Under the pieces are notes generated by a model, which saw only the letters and a list, made by a program, of their open reading frames with translations, made no database searches and was not told where the DNA came from. Of a DNA stretch of 64,000 nucleotides, positions 31,384 to 42,030 are shown in pieces. A program made the position numbers and the translations under genes. The stretch covers positions 384,001 through 448,000 of the forward strand of contig CAXXKM010000003.1 in the NCBI GenBank assembly GCA_963664435.2. The letters run 5' to 3'. The DNA comes from Longimicrobiales bacterium. Its GTDB lineage: Bacteria > Gemmatimonadota > Gemmatimonadetes > Longimicrobiales > Gaopeijiaceae. Positions within the stretch are counted from its first letter, which is position 1, and each line of letters opens with the position of its first letter.

Positions 31384-34300
31384 TCATCTTGACTCTCCAA
31401 TTCGAACCACCCCGGCACCAACGAGTTGGGGTTCCATGCTGATGTTCATGTCTCTTTTGAGTTCACTCCGACGAGCTTCATAGTCCTGCAACATGTTTCG
31501 AATCTGACCACGATAAAGACGAATAATGCTCGGAGCCTGCTGCAAGTCTTCCGCGTGTGCGAGCCGCTCCTGGACCCGCCTCAAGTGGGCCTGATGCCTC
31601 TTTTCGAGACTCGCCAGCCGGGTTTGCACAACCGCGCGGTTACGATCCTCAGCGCGCTGCCGGATATCCGAGACGCGAACCTCAAAGGCATCGTATCCGT
31701 GGTCCAAGGCGTGCTCAAGGCCGGGGAAATCCCAATCATCCTCCCGACGGGCGATTCTTCCGTCTCGAATCAGTTCACCTAGAAGGAGTGAACACGCCCC
31801 TTCGTCAAGGACCGCTAACCCCTCGACACCGTTGCGCAGCCGGATGAATATTGCGTCCATTCGCTTACGTTTGGTTCCCGCTTCGATGCGTACGTCAAAT
31901 AGCAGAAAGAGATAGGAGCCCGCGTGGGCATGGCGTGATTGCGCAAGCTCGAACCGGGATACCGGATGAAGCTGGTCGCGGTTATTCCGATAGTATTCGA
32001 CCGCCAGCTGCACAACGGGATGGTGTGCGGCGAGGAACTCGGTATCAGTGTGGTCGAAGGCGATCTCGGAATCAAACGTAACCGGCACCTGCTTGGAAAG
32101 CGCCTTATGTAGGAATCGCTGGCGCGCAGCGCTGGGTGCCAGGTGCCGCACAGCCATGTCGAACTGGGGGGTCACGTGGAGGGTACGCACCCCCTCGCGG
32201 CGCGCCGGACTCAAGCGCACTCGCGGGTATACACGTTCAAGAAAACCTCGAACGAACGCCTCGCGATCTGCTGCACCGAGGAATTCTCCACCACGAATTA
32301 TGCGATCTAGCTGATCTTCGAAGTAGCCATCTCCGCTGACCAATCTGTTGGCTTCGGCTTCGAGTTTCTCAAGTTCGCGGCGGCGGTTCTCAATTGCGCG
32401 GGCAGTTTTATCGATTCGTTCGTTCTCTTGCTCGGGGGTGAGACGGCGTGACAGCAGATCGCGCGTAAGGCGTCGGATCTCTTCGCCTATGATCGCTTCG
32501 AGATCGCCAAGTGTGCGCTCGAAAACACCGATCCTGTGGTAGAGGCGAGCGAGCACTCGATCCTCAATAGTATCGGTGAGTGTGAAGTTGAAGATGAGGA
32601 TTCGATCGGACTCCTGCCCAAGTCGGTCAACACGCCCGATCCGCTGTTCTATCTTCATCGGGTTCCAAGGCAGGTCGTAGTTGATAACGATGTGGCAGAA
32701 TTGGAAATCGAGGCCTTCGCTGCCAACTTCCGAGGAGAGCAGTAGACGGACGCTTGGTTCTTCGCGGAATCGCCACATTCGCTTGCCGCGCTCGTCGCGT
32801 TCTGGGTGTCGAGGATCGCTCGTGATCCCGCCATGGATCAACTCGCACGTGATTCCGTCGTGGTCCAATCGCTTCTTCAGGTATTTCAAGGTCGGTTTAT
32901 AATAAGCAAATAGAATAATCTTCCTGCCGGGTTCCTCTTCATCAAGGTTCTTGAGGAGGCGCCGAAGTTGCTCGTACTTTGTGTCGGTGTTCCCTAGGCT
33001 TCGGGCGGCGTCGACCACCCTCTGGGTAATCTCGACCGAAAAAGTATGGGCAATATCTTCAAGATCGTGTGTCTCGGCGTCAAGTACATCCTCAAGACTC
33101 CATGTCGCCCTTCGCAAGAACCGGTTGCGGACGGCGGGCATGCAGGACGCGGCCTGTCGCTGCGCTCCCATGACTGCAAAGTATCTGATTGCACCCTTGT
33201 CGCTGGGAGCGTTGTCGCGGACGAATTCGGTAACTGCATCATAGAACTCGCGTTCCGGCAGGGTAAGGGCGATGGGGATTACCCGTGCAGTCCGAATGGT
33301 GGCATCAGGGAATACATCACGCTTCTTGGTGCGCGAGAAAATATGGCTCAGAAGACTGAGCTCCTCGAGGTCGTGCTGCAAGTCCGCGGCCCATGCGTGC
33401 CCGTTGTCGTCAGCGGACTCGGGAGGAGTTCGGATCTCCCGCCGGACGCGATCGTAAATCGGGTTGCCACCGAAGAAGCTTGCTCGTCCACCCATCCCGA
33501 GACTCTCGATCCGGTTCCGAATCTCATCGATGGGAGGCGGGACCGCCCGGGCCAGTCGCTGCGCTTCGACGACCGGTTCATTCGCGCGCAAGCGCTCCTG
33601 GAAGACTTCAAAATCATCAAACTCTGAGTCATCGAGCAACTGAAAGAGGTTGAAGAGGTTTTCCTCGCCGAGTTGTATGGGCGTGGCAGTCAGGAAGAGT
33701 ACAGCGTGGGCACCCCGGGCGAGAGCTCGGACCGTGCGGTGGCTGAGCGTCTGACGATTGCGGAGGTGGTGAGCTTCATCGACGATCAGGAGATCGAGTG
33801 GAAGCGGGGTTTCATTGAGGAGTTCGAGATGATCCTCATTGCGTACAGCCTGGAGCGAGATGATGTCCCGAGCTTCGGGAAGGTCTCCCAGTTGGGCGAG
33901 TTGTCGAAGCTGCTCCCGAAATTCGGCTGCCACGAGGATCTTGAACTCCTCATCGAATCGATGCCACATCTCTTCGCGCCATTTCAGGCACAGCGCGGCC
34001 GGGCAGACAACCAGCACGCGACGGAGAGCCCTCCGAGCCCTTTGTTCGATCAACACCAAACCTGCTTCGATCGTCTTTCCCAGCCCGACCTCATCCGCGA
34101 TTAGGAGACGTTGGTCAGGTGAGTCGAGGAACTTGAGGAGCGGCTTGTATTGATGCGGATAGAACGCAGTACGGGAACCCTGCAATGAGTATAATGTGTT
34201 GTCGAGCGGCGTATCGAGTTTGTGGAAGGTCACGAGTCGCAGGAAATCGTCCTTGTCGCCGAAAGCGTGCCTGAGTAGGAGTTGGTCTGGCGAGACTTGC

Positions 34301-34488
34301 GCTTCGAAGCTTGTGAGATCCGCTTCGTGGGAGACGATGAGTCCCCCTGCATGGAGCCTGATGCGATACCAGTAGGCACCGCCAAGCAGGTTGGGAGGCC
34401 GTATGACGTGCCCCACCTTCGAGCGGTCGCTGCGTAGCTGGACCTGGTCGTCCTGGGCGAAGCGCGGAATCGGAGTCGAGGGGGTCAT
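31384..34488 (-). CDS. SNF2 (RapA/HepA-like) helicase/ATPase
   Basis: IADEVGLGKTIEAG, DEAHHLRN, LTATP, YDLPWNPMKIEQRIGRVDRLGQ. Confidence 0.92.
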   Translation of the reverse strand: MTPSTPIPRFAQDDQVQLRSDRSKVGHVIRPPNLLGGAYWYRIRLHAGGLIVSHEADLTSFEAQVSPDQLLLRHAFGDKDDFLRLVTFHKLDTPLDNTLYSLQGSRTAFYPHQYKPLLKFLDSPDQRLLIADEVGLGKTIEAGLVLIEQRARRALRRVLVVCPAALCLKWREEMWHRFDEEFKILVAAEFREQLRQLAQLGDLPEARDIISLQAVRNEDHLELLNETPLPLDLLIVDEAHHLRNRQTLSHRTVRALARGAHAVLFLTATPIQLGEENLFNLFQLLDDSEFDDFEVFQERLRANEPVVEAQRLARAVPPPIDEIRNRIESLGMGGRASFFGGNPIYDRVRREIRTPPESADDNGHAWAADLQHDLEELSLLSHIFSRTKKRDVFPDATIRTARVIPIALTLPEREFYDAVTEFVRDNAPSDKGAIRYFAVMGAQRQAASCMPAVRNRFLRRATWSLEDVLDAETHDLEDIAHTFSVEITQRVVDAARSLGNTDTKYEQLRRLLKNLDEEEPGRKIILFAYYKPTLKYLKKRLDHDGITCELIHGGITSDPRHPERDERGKRMWRFREEPSVRLLLSSEVGSEGLDFQFCHIVINYDLPWNPMKIEQRIGRVDRLGQESDRILIFNFTLTDTIEDRVLARLYHRIGVFERTLGDLEAIIGEEIRRLTRDLLSRRLTPEQENERIDKTARAIENRRRELEKLEAEANRLVSGDGYFEDQLDRIIRGGEFLGAADREAFVRGFLERVYPRVRLSPARREGVRTLHVTPQFDMAVRHLAPSAARQRFLHKALSKQVPVTFDSEIAFDHTDTEFLAAHHPVVQLAVEYYRNNRDQLHPVSRFELAQSRHAHAGSYLFLLFDVRIEAGTKRKRMDAIFIRLRNGVEGLAVLDEGACSLLLGELIRDGRIARREDDWDFPGLEHALDHGYDAFEVRVSDIRQRAEDRNRAVVQTRLASLEKRHQAHLRRVQERLAHAEDLQQAPSIIRLYRGQIRNMLQDYEARRSELKRDMNISMEPQLVGAGVVRIGESR

Positions 34489-34512
34489 CAGCAGGCGCAG
34501 GCCGAGGGAATC

Positions 34513-35550
34513 TTATGCCAATAGTTCAAGTAGTTTCCGTAGTTTTCCGATCTTATCCAAGTTCTCCGACGACAAGTCGTCCGGGCTGAAATGCATGATC
34601 TCGTTCCGCACGTCCCTGACGTCACGTAGGAGCTTGACGAACACGCGGCGATCAAGGGGCAGCGTGAGCCGGTGCCAGTTCTTGCGCGCCTCGACCAAAC
34701 GAATGTATTCGCCAAAACTCAGATCCGCTGCGCTTCTGATCTGCCGTCTGTCGTCCCGAGGATCTCTGGCTTCCGCCATCTCTTCTCTGGAGAACACCTC
34801 ATCGATGAGCAGTCGTAACCGGTATTCGATCTCCTGAAGTAGCAGGAACGGAGCGGCTAACTCGTGGTATTTGAGGCTGAGGTCGCTGGTCGTGACGATG
34901 CCCGTAATTCTCTTATCAGGTCCCAAGACGAGCACGGCCTCCTGTTGCGCGATCTCCGCGACAGCGTCGAGGAGAGGAGTATCTAGTTCGACCGTCGAGT
35001 AGTCCTTATCGAGGCAATTTCGCACGTACTCGCAATCTGCATCCTCCTTCTTCGTTCTTGCGACACCAATCGAGCGCCAACTGATCATGCCGTCGATTCG
35101 ACGCAGATCTTGGGTAACGGGTAGTTGGGAATAGTTGTGATACATCATCTTGGTGACCGCGGCCGACAAGTTGTTATCGCGCTTGACGGACACAACTCCG
35201 CTGGTCGCCGCGGGCAGCATGCCCACATACAACGCAGGGTCCTTGGCTTGCGCCTCGGTATCTCTGGTGTCGCGAATAGACTCATCTTCCCCATTGTCGA
35301 CGTCGCCCTCGCCATTGGAAGGCTTCGCAGTTGCTAGTGAGAGATTTACGAATGCATCTATCCCGACGGTAGCGAAGTCAGGATCGGTGCTGAGGCCGAG
35401 GTCTTGCAGAGCGCGCCGGATGATCCAGACTACGGAAGAACCGCGGCGCTTGTGCCCGAACCAGGAGAGTAGGGTTCTTACCTTGACCCGGCGGCGGCTC
35501 CCGGCTTGCACGGACTGGGCGGCATCGATTAGTTGGGCGGGAATCGACAT
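34513..35550 (-). CDS. CBS-pair protein with C-terminal HEPN (Swt1-like) domain
   Basis: YSQLPV..GMISW and GIVTTSDL CBS repeats; LSFGEY..VRDVRNEIMHF (RxxxxH). Confidence 0.8.
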   Translation of the reverse strand: MSIPAQLIDAAQSVQAGSRRRVKVRTLLSWFGHKRRGSSVVWIIRRALQDLGLSTDPDFATVGIDAFVNLSLATAKPSNGEGDVDNGEDESIRDTRDTEAQAKDPALYVGMLPAATSGVVSVKRDNNLSAAVTKMMYHNYSQLPVTQDLRRIDGMISWRSIGVARTKKEDADCEYVRNCLDKDYSTVELDTPLLDAVAEIAQQEAVLVLGPDKRITGIVTTSDLSLKYHELAAPFLLLQEIEYRLRLLIDEVFSREEMAEARDPRDDRRQIRSAADLSFGEYIRLVEARKNWHRLTLPLDRRVFVKLLRDVRDVRNEIMHFSPDDLSSENLDKIGKLRKLLELLA

Positions 35551-35737
35551 GTTTGTTGACGCGTGGATGAAGTTCACCAAGAGCCGAGAGACGGTAGCAG
35601 GAATGATGGCTCTTGGCAACGTGGAAGCTCGGAGCTGAATGACAACTGGGTCACCGTCGGAACGGTGTCAAATAGCAAGACGATCCTCAGGAGCACTGCA
35701 CTGCTCCCAGCCGCCCTGCTTGAGTACCACTCAACAG

Positions 35738-38700
35738 TCAACCCAGGATCACCCGGTCGATCACCGATGCGATCGCCGCCGCATCTAGCCCTCCGCCCGG
35801 CTCGTCGCGCGTTTCGATCAGCGTTCCTTCCAGGCCTTCACCGACTTCCGGCGGTCGGATACCGCATTCCAGGTACTCGGCCCGCTTCTTCTCCCATCGG
35901 GTCCGGTACCCATGATCGTCGAGCATCCCGAGATGCTCCCAGTAGAACGTCACGCCCATCGCGTCGTCGGCGATCGTGAAATCCGGGTAGCGCGTGCGTC
36001 CATCGGGAAGCACGAGTGGCTGCTCGTAGGCGTAGTCGATCCCACGGGCGTGAAGCTTGTCAGCGATCACCAGCTCCGACTTCGAGCGTACGAGGTCACC
36101 GCGCTCCGTTCGATGAATCAGCCCTTCCTCGAGGAAGCGTTGCTGGGCGTCTACGGTTACTTCGCGCGGTAGCGGATCCGCGAAGAGGTTCGTCATGCGG
36201 CGAGCGATCTCCGAGTGTTCGTCACCGGGCATAGCGACGATACTCGACAAACGGCCCCTGATGAAGGATGACCAACCGATTCTGGTGGCGCGTTAGCGCC
36301 GTGTACAGTAGCTCGCGGGAGAGCAGCCAGCAGGGGTTGGAGATCACGACGAACGTGATGCCAAATTCGCTGCCCTGCGTTTTGTGAACCGTCAGGCAGT
36401 ATGCCAACTCGAGCGGGTTGATGGCCTCGTCCCCGAATTCGCCGGGGTTGAAGCGATACTTGGGTCCAAGCTGGCTGGCGAACTCGACCTCAAGTTTCCG
36501 CGGCAGGCCTTTGAACTTCCTCGTCTTGTATTGCCCAACAACGATGCCAATGTCGCCGTTGGCTAGGTAAGCTTCTCCAGCGGGCTTCGGCCAGACGTCG
36601 CGCCGGCGCTGGTTGATGACGTTGATTACTTTGTCGCCGTAGAGGAGCATCTGTGGACCCATCGGGCGTGGCATCTTGCGGCCCCAACCCTCCACGTCTG
36701 CAGCTTCGCGCGCCTTCGCCCGGAATCGCTTCTGGAGCATCCGGTTCAGCGCATCAACTCCCACGAGCCCGGCGCGTACAGGCGAAAGCATCTGCCAACC
36801 TTCCGCGCGTGCGGCGGCCCCCGGTCTGTCGCCGAAGCGGCTCCAGAAGAAGGCCCATGGAATGTCCCGATAACGCGCACCGCCCAAGGATTCCTCGAAT
36901 CCCAGTTCGTCGTCCGGCCCGGCGAGATCAAGCGCCTCGACCAACTCTGCGACAAGCTTCTCTTGAAGCTCCTCCGGGTGGTCCCACCGTACGAGGCGAA
37001 GACCTCCGCCTATTCGCCCGTCGCCCGCATCCAGCACGGCATCTGCGCCAGGATCGAGCGGCTGCCCGCTGAAATGCGATGCCAACAGGACATCGGCCCG
37101 GGCCGTGCCGCGCTGACGCCGGGGGATCGTAAGCTCGGCGTAGCTTGGCCCACAGCGTGGAAAAGGGGTCTCGAAGGTGTCGGGCTCCAACTCTTGGCAA
37201 ATGTCCACGAAGGGGCGACCCGCCCCGATAGGCGGGAGCTGGCGCGGATCCCCGACGAGCACGAGACGCTCGACGTTGCTGAGGGAGTCGATCAGCGCTG
37301 CGAGCTGTTCTTCGGTCAGCATCGAACACTCGTCCACCACCACGGTCCGGTAGTGGCTACAGCGAGGCGCCATCGCCTTGGGAAAGTAGGCGCTTGTCTC
37401 CGCGTCGTAGCGCTGCTGCCGGATAAGAAACTGCGCCAGCGTCTGGCCGGAACCCCGCATGCCGGTCTCGTCTTCCAAGCGCACACGAGCCTTGCCGGTG
37501 GGTGCGAGAAGCAGCAGCCCCTTCTCCGTAAGCCCGGGAAGCGAGCAGAGCATTCTCAGCAGTGTTGTCTTGCCCGTCCCTGCCGGGCCGATCAGCACAC
37601 ACAGACGTGAACGGAAAAGCTGCTCGAGCGCCGTCGCCTTCTCTCGCCGAGCGCGCTCCTCCAGCGCACGTTCGTTCCGATCCACGGGTAATGGATCACC
37701 AAGTCCCACATCCACGAGTCTACGCCAGTCGAGATCGACCAAGTGCGGCCTGCCCTTTTTTCGGCGCAGTACTTCGCGGCGGATGATCGTACGACACTCC
37801 GCGAGCCGGTCGACCTGATAAGCAGGCTCGTTCGCGCGGGTTGCTGCGCGGGTAACAACTGGCGCGAAGCTCTTCGCGCAAGCGTCGAGCACGTTCTCGC
37901 CGAGCGGGCAAGGCGGCTGGAGCGCGTGCTCCCGCGCCCTGCGGATGACCCAGCTTCGAGGGAGCAGGGTGTGTCCCTCGACCGCCGCCTTCTCTAAGAG
38001 ATCCACGACCAGTGCACGCACCCGCCGTTCGTCCGCCGGATCTTCGATGCGGCTCGGTTCCGCCAAGGGGAACTGCTCCCTCACGGTCTCGTCCGGGAAA
38101 AGGCCGCGGTCCACACTGCCAAACGCGATGGGGTCGGCGGAGCGCCTGTCGCGCTCGAAGATCAGGTACGGGTTGCGCAGGAGTTCTGTATCGTTGATCT
38201 GGAGACCGGCCTCCGCCCGCTCCGCGGTGTCGTAGACACGCAGCGCCTGTTTCTCTGAGATCGCGCAGCGGCTGAGGAGTTGGAGCAGGTCCCGCCGCTC
38301 TGCCGAGAGCCGCTTCCAGCCCCTCCGTAGCCCGTGCGTGAGGAGTTTCACCATGGGCCCACCGAGCCTCGCCGGATCTGCCATCACGGCGTCCACGAGC
38401 ACCCACGGATCGTCGCCGCCTCCGCGCTCCCGCAGCAACTCGATCTCGTACGCGAGCAGGCTACCGTGCTGGAAGCCCCACTCGTAGCCGAACGCCGAGA
38501 GCGCTGATCCCAAGCTGGGGAACGCACCACGCGCCTTCCAAAGCCGGTTGAGTTGCTTTCCGATCCATGCGATCGCCTGCTCCCACGGGCCATCGATTCG
38601 GCCGCGGACGCGGTGCAGCGTCGCAGCGCAGGCCACAAGGGACGCCACGGCACCGTCATGAGTTAGGAGCTCAGAGCCGTATGAGTAGGCGTCGAAGTGC

Positions 38701-39548
38701 TCGTCTGGAGCAAACGCCACGAACTCCTCGGGGTCGATCCCCTCGCGTTCGGCAAGAGCGAGTGCCTCCTGGTACGGAAAGAGGAAGCCATCCCCGAAGC
38801 CTGGTCGGACAGAATGGCCCACATTGCGCTCCCAAAGCACGCACCGTAGCGGTCGTCTTTCGCCCTTGTAGGCATACTCAGTATGGTCGCCTAAGGAGAG
38901 AACACGGCCCGCCCCGATGATCACACGGCGGGACTGTTCCGACAGCGGGGTGCGCTTCGCGTAGAAGAAGCAGAGCGATTCCTCTGGCCTGAGCGCGCTG
39001 AAAAAGGTGTCGAGCAGTGCGAGTTGGTTCTCGCGCTCCTGTACCCACGCCGTCTCCACCTGTTTGCCTTGGTGACTGCGGATGTCGGGTTCTCGGTCCG
39101 GCACCCAGCCGATCTTCAGTCGCTCGGCGATCCCTACCTCATTGTCCCTGGCGTTCCCCTCGACCTTCTCGCGCAGCATCCATCGAAACGGTACGCAAGC
39201 CGCAGAGTACGCCGGCTGGACGAAGCGGGTTGGAGCGAAATGACCGTGCGTCTCGGGGTAGAATCCCGTGTACGGATGGGTCATCGTCCGCGGGAGGTCG
39301 AAGGGAGCCATGAACGAGACACGCTCGCCTACACACGGTGGCAGGTCAGCGCGGTCAAGCGCGTCTAGCCGCTGGCCAGCACAGCGCGTTTCTATTTCGT
39401 CGCGTCGGCCTTCGCCGATGCGGGGCAGGATGAGGCAGCTTGAGTTGTCTAGGGGTCGGGCACATACCGTGCCAGTCCAGCCCCCGTCGTGCCATGGGAC
39501 ACGGATGGTGATGTGGTGAGGTGGTAGTTCGCGAGCGTCGGCAATCAT
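35738..39548 (-). pseudogene. RecD-like SF1B helicase with C-terminal PD-(D/E)XK/Vsr-like nuclease, split by +1 frameshift
   Basis: GPAGTGKT, VDECSM, GDPRQLPPIG, TVHKTQGSEF, LYTALTR; removing one base at 36227-36229 joins to RSKSE..PDFTI..WEHLGM. Confidence 0.8.
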
Positions 39549-39552
39549 CTAC

Positions 39553-39747
39553 TCAACTCCCGGCAACAAAAGGTGCCTCCTGCAAGCGATTGGGATTCTG
39601 AACGACAAAGAACTTGACGAGGTATCCAACATTCTCCGAGGTCCACAGACTCTTCTCCGTGAACACGGATCCGTCGTCTCGAAGGCAGCGGTCCCGCCAA
39701 CGGGCAGCTGCACGCAGAACAGGGTGGTCGGGCGATGGTTTGGGCAT
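39553..39747 (-). pseudogene. Probable N-terminal remnant of an McrB-like AAA+ protein
   Basis: AAARWRDRCLRDDGSVF..LWTSEN..FV resembles McrB-like N-termini (recalled, not searched); ends after 64 aa. Confidence 0.4.
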
Positions 39748-39993
39748 TGCGCTGTGGACCCCGGGGATGGGTAAGCTGATGTTGGTCGAACGCGTCCTCG
39801 TGTGTCCCCGGCTCTACCGAATCGGCATATCGACAGACCTACCCTTGCATGCCATCTTGCGTGAGGCAAGTCGCGACGACCTCGTCCAGGCCACCTCCCG
39901 CGGCGTCTTGGACGCGTCGACGGACACCATCGATCAAGCGGTCCGGGTGGTCGAAGCCCTCCTCGACCGGGAAGACCCGAAAAAGGAAACGGC

Positions 39994-40932
39994 GTGCAGC
40001 CCGAGATGACTCCCGAACGATTCCTGCGGCTGGTGAACGACATCACCATCTGGAAGAAGGGTAGTCAGCGGGCACCCCACAAACCGCTCCTGCTTCTTCT
40101 TATGCTTGGTCGCTCCTTCCATGGCGAGGTACGCCTGATTCCATTCACCGAGGCGGAGACGCGCTTTGGAGAGTTGTGGCGCAGATTCGGCCCGCCGAGG
40201 CGAGGGCTCGTCCAGTATCCGTTTCGATATCTCGAGAACGACGGCATCTGGGAAATCCCCCGAGTATCCGAGCTGCCTTCGTGGGACACGGACTATCTGC
40301 GTTTGACGGACCTGAGAAAGCATGATGTCGAGGGAGGATTCACTCGCGAGGTCTCCGAATTGCTGGAGTCCGACCCGGAGTTGGCTCTCAGAGCCGCCAG
40401 ACTCCTCCTCGCAGGCCATTTCCCGATCTCTCTGCACGACGAGATTCTCGAAGCCGTCGGCCTCTCCCACGACCTGTGGGTGCCGGGATTACCCCGCCTG
40501 CGCGAGCCCGGCAAGAAGCAACGAATGGTGGTCTACCGCAGACCGCGACGCCTGGTATTCCGCAAGGAGGTGTTGGAGGCGTACGACGAGCGCTGCGCGA
40601 TCTGCGACTTCGATCTCCGGATCAATGACGAACTGCTGGGACTCGAGGCCGCGCACATCCAGTGGCACTCCCACAACGGGCCGGACAATGTGTTCAACGG
40701 CTTGGCCCTCTGTCTGCTTCATCACCGGGCGCTCGATCGAGGCGCGGTTGGACTGGAAGCCAAGGGCAAGGGCTATCGCGTGCTGGTCTCCGGCCACGTC
40801 CGGGGAAGCAAACCCAGCGAGAGCCTCCTCTCCGATTCCTCAGGGCAGCTCATTCGGCCTCCGCAAAGCAGACTGCACGTGCCTCATCGCACCTTCGTTG
40901 ACTGGCACCGGGCGCAGGTCTTCCGGAACTGA
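39994..40932 (+). CDS. SBD-HNH type IV restriction endonuclease (phosphorothioate-directed type)
   Basis: WKKGSQRAPHKPLLLL, QYPFRYL; CAIC..LEAAHI..NGLALCLLHH HNH. Confidence 0.75.
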   Translation: MQPEMTPERFLRLVNDITIWKKGSQRAPHKPLLLLLMLGRSFHGEVRLIPFTEAETRFGELWRRFGPPRRGLVQYPFRYLENDGIWEIPRVSELPSWDTDYLRLTDLRKHDVEGGFTREVSELLESDPELALRAARLLLAGHFPISLHDEILEAVGLSHDLWVPGLPRLREPGKKQRMVVYRRPRRLVFRKEVLEAYDERCAICDFDLRINDELLGLEAAHIQWHSHNGPDNVFNGLALCLLHHRALDRGAVGLEAKGKGYRVLVSGHVRGSKPSESLLSDSSGQLIRPPQSRLHVPHRTFVDWHRAQVFRN

Positions 40933-41430
40933 AGCCCCGCTCGACCAAGACAGTACCAGGAAGAAGGAAAAAATGAGCCCTCGCGAGCGCGAGGTCCGGC
41001 AATGCCCCACCGACCGCCTCTCCCACCTGAGCGTCACCAGCGTCCCGATCGATCCCGTCCGGATCGCCCGCCGGCAGGGGACTCGCCGTCGAACAAGGGC
41101 CCCTTCCCTCCGGGGTCTACGGGGCGCTCTGGAAGAAGGGCAACCGGCCAAGACAGAACACCGCAATACGACGTAAACGTATTAGTGATAGTGGTTTCCG
41201 AGATGCTATCACCCGGAGTTGAGGACAGCTTGCGAGGAGGATTACCACGGTTCTTGCGCCGAAATCGCGGAAAAAACGTGGCCCCCGGAACGCCAATTGC
41301 CACTCCAGGCGAACGGCGAGCGGCTTGACATGAAGGCTGGAGCGCCCCCACTCTGCTTGGCGTCGGGATGACGGCGGTTACCCAACGGCTCACCAACCCA
41401 CTGACGGTCCCCCGCATTCCGGGGGCTTGT

Positions 41431-41504
41431 GGCCAGATAGCTCAGCTGGATAGAGCACCGGTTTGCTAAACCGGGGGTCGGGGGTTCGAGTCCCCCTCTG
41501 GGTC
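41431..41504 (+). tRNA. tRNA-like gene with GCT anticodon and short variable loop (Arg-type body); imperfect acceptor stem, no encoded CCA
   Basis: GGCCAGA-TA-GCTC-AGCTGGATA-GAGC-A-CCGGT-TTGCTAA-ACCGG-GGGTC-GGGGG-TTCGAGT-CCCCC-TCTGGGT-C. Confidence 0.85.
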
Positions 41505-42030
41505 TGGGATAGCCGCCGTCACCTCGGCCCGCTAGAGCCCAGTCAGCGCCCGCGCGTCGGAATCGCTCATGCCAGCTTCCGTCAGCGCCTTGCAGGCTGT
41601 CGCGCGCCCCTGAATGTCATGGGCATGGAGATCCCGGCGAAGTCGATAGTGACCTCCGGCTCCAGCTTCTCAGCGCCGAGCGCCCGTCGGATTCAAGGGA
41701 CCTTTTCCGCGTCCAGAACAGGGCGAACAAATACACAATCGTACGGGTTTACGAGAGAGCGAGGTTGCAGGGGTGGAGCATCAGGTGGAAGCGCTCCCAC
41801 CCGACATAGGCTTCGGAATCCACCTTCTAGTACCCGGCCCGCTTGAGGTGCTTCTGGACGCACCCCCGGGACTTGTGTTACCGGCCATGCAAAACTTCAC
41901 AGATGTGGCCGTCCAAATCTGCACACTTCCGGGCCCGAGGGGCGGCTGCGGTAGAGGGTTGGATCCGAGGTTTGCGGGTGTTGCGGGACTGCTGGGCAAT
42001 CTTGCGTCTCCATTGAACGGAGGAGGCGCA

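Larger units (their letters stand above)
28620..31387 (-). pseudogene. Hsp70/actin-fold ATPase interrupted by IS630
   Basis: IGLDFGTSGTK, PES, VDIGAGTTDL | GWF..VVLVGGGSQ; removing the IS and one TA gives a 1632-nt open frame (543 aa). Confidence 0.85.

Noticed and set aside
28620..31387. dnaK/mreB/ftsA housekeeping gene
   Set aside because: Highly divergent, no DnaK substrate-binding domain, wrong context
31384..34488. DISARM (DrmD) or housekeeping RapA assignment
   Set aside because: No drmA/B/C or methyltransferase nearby; island context and partners differ
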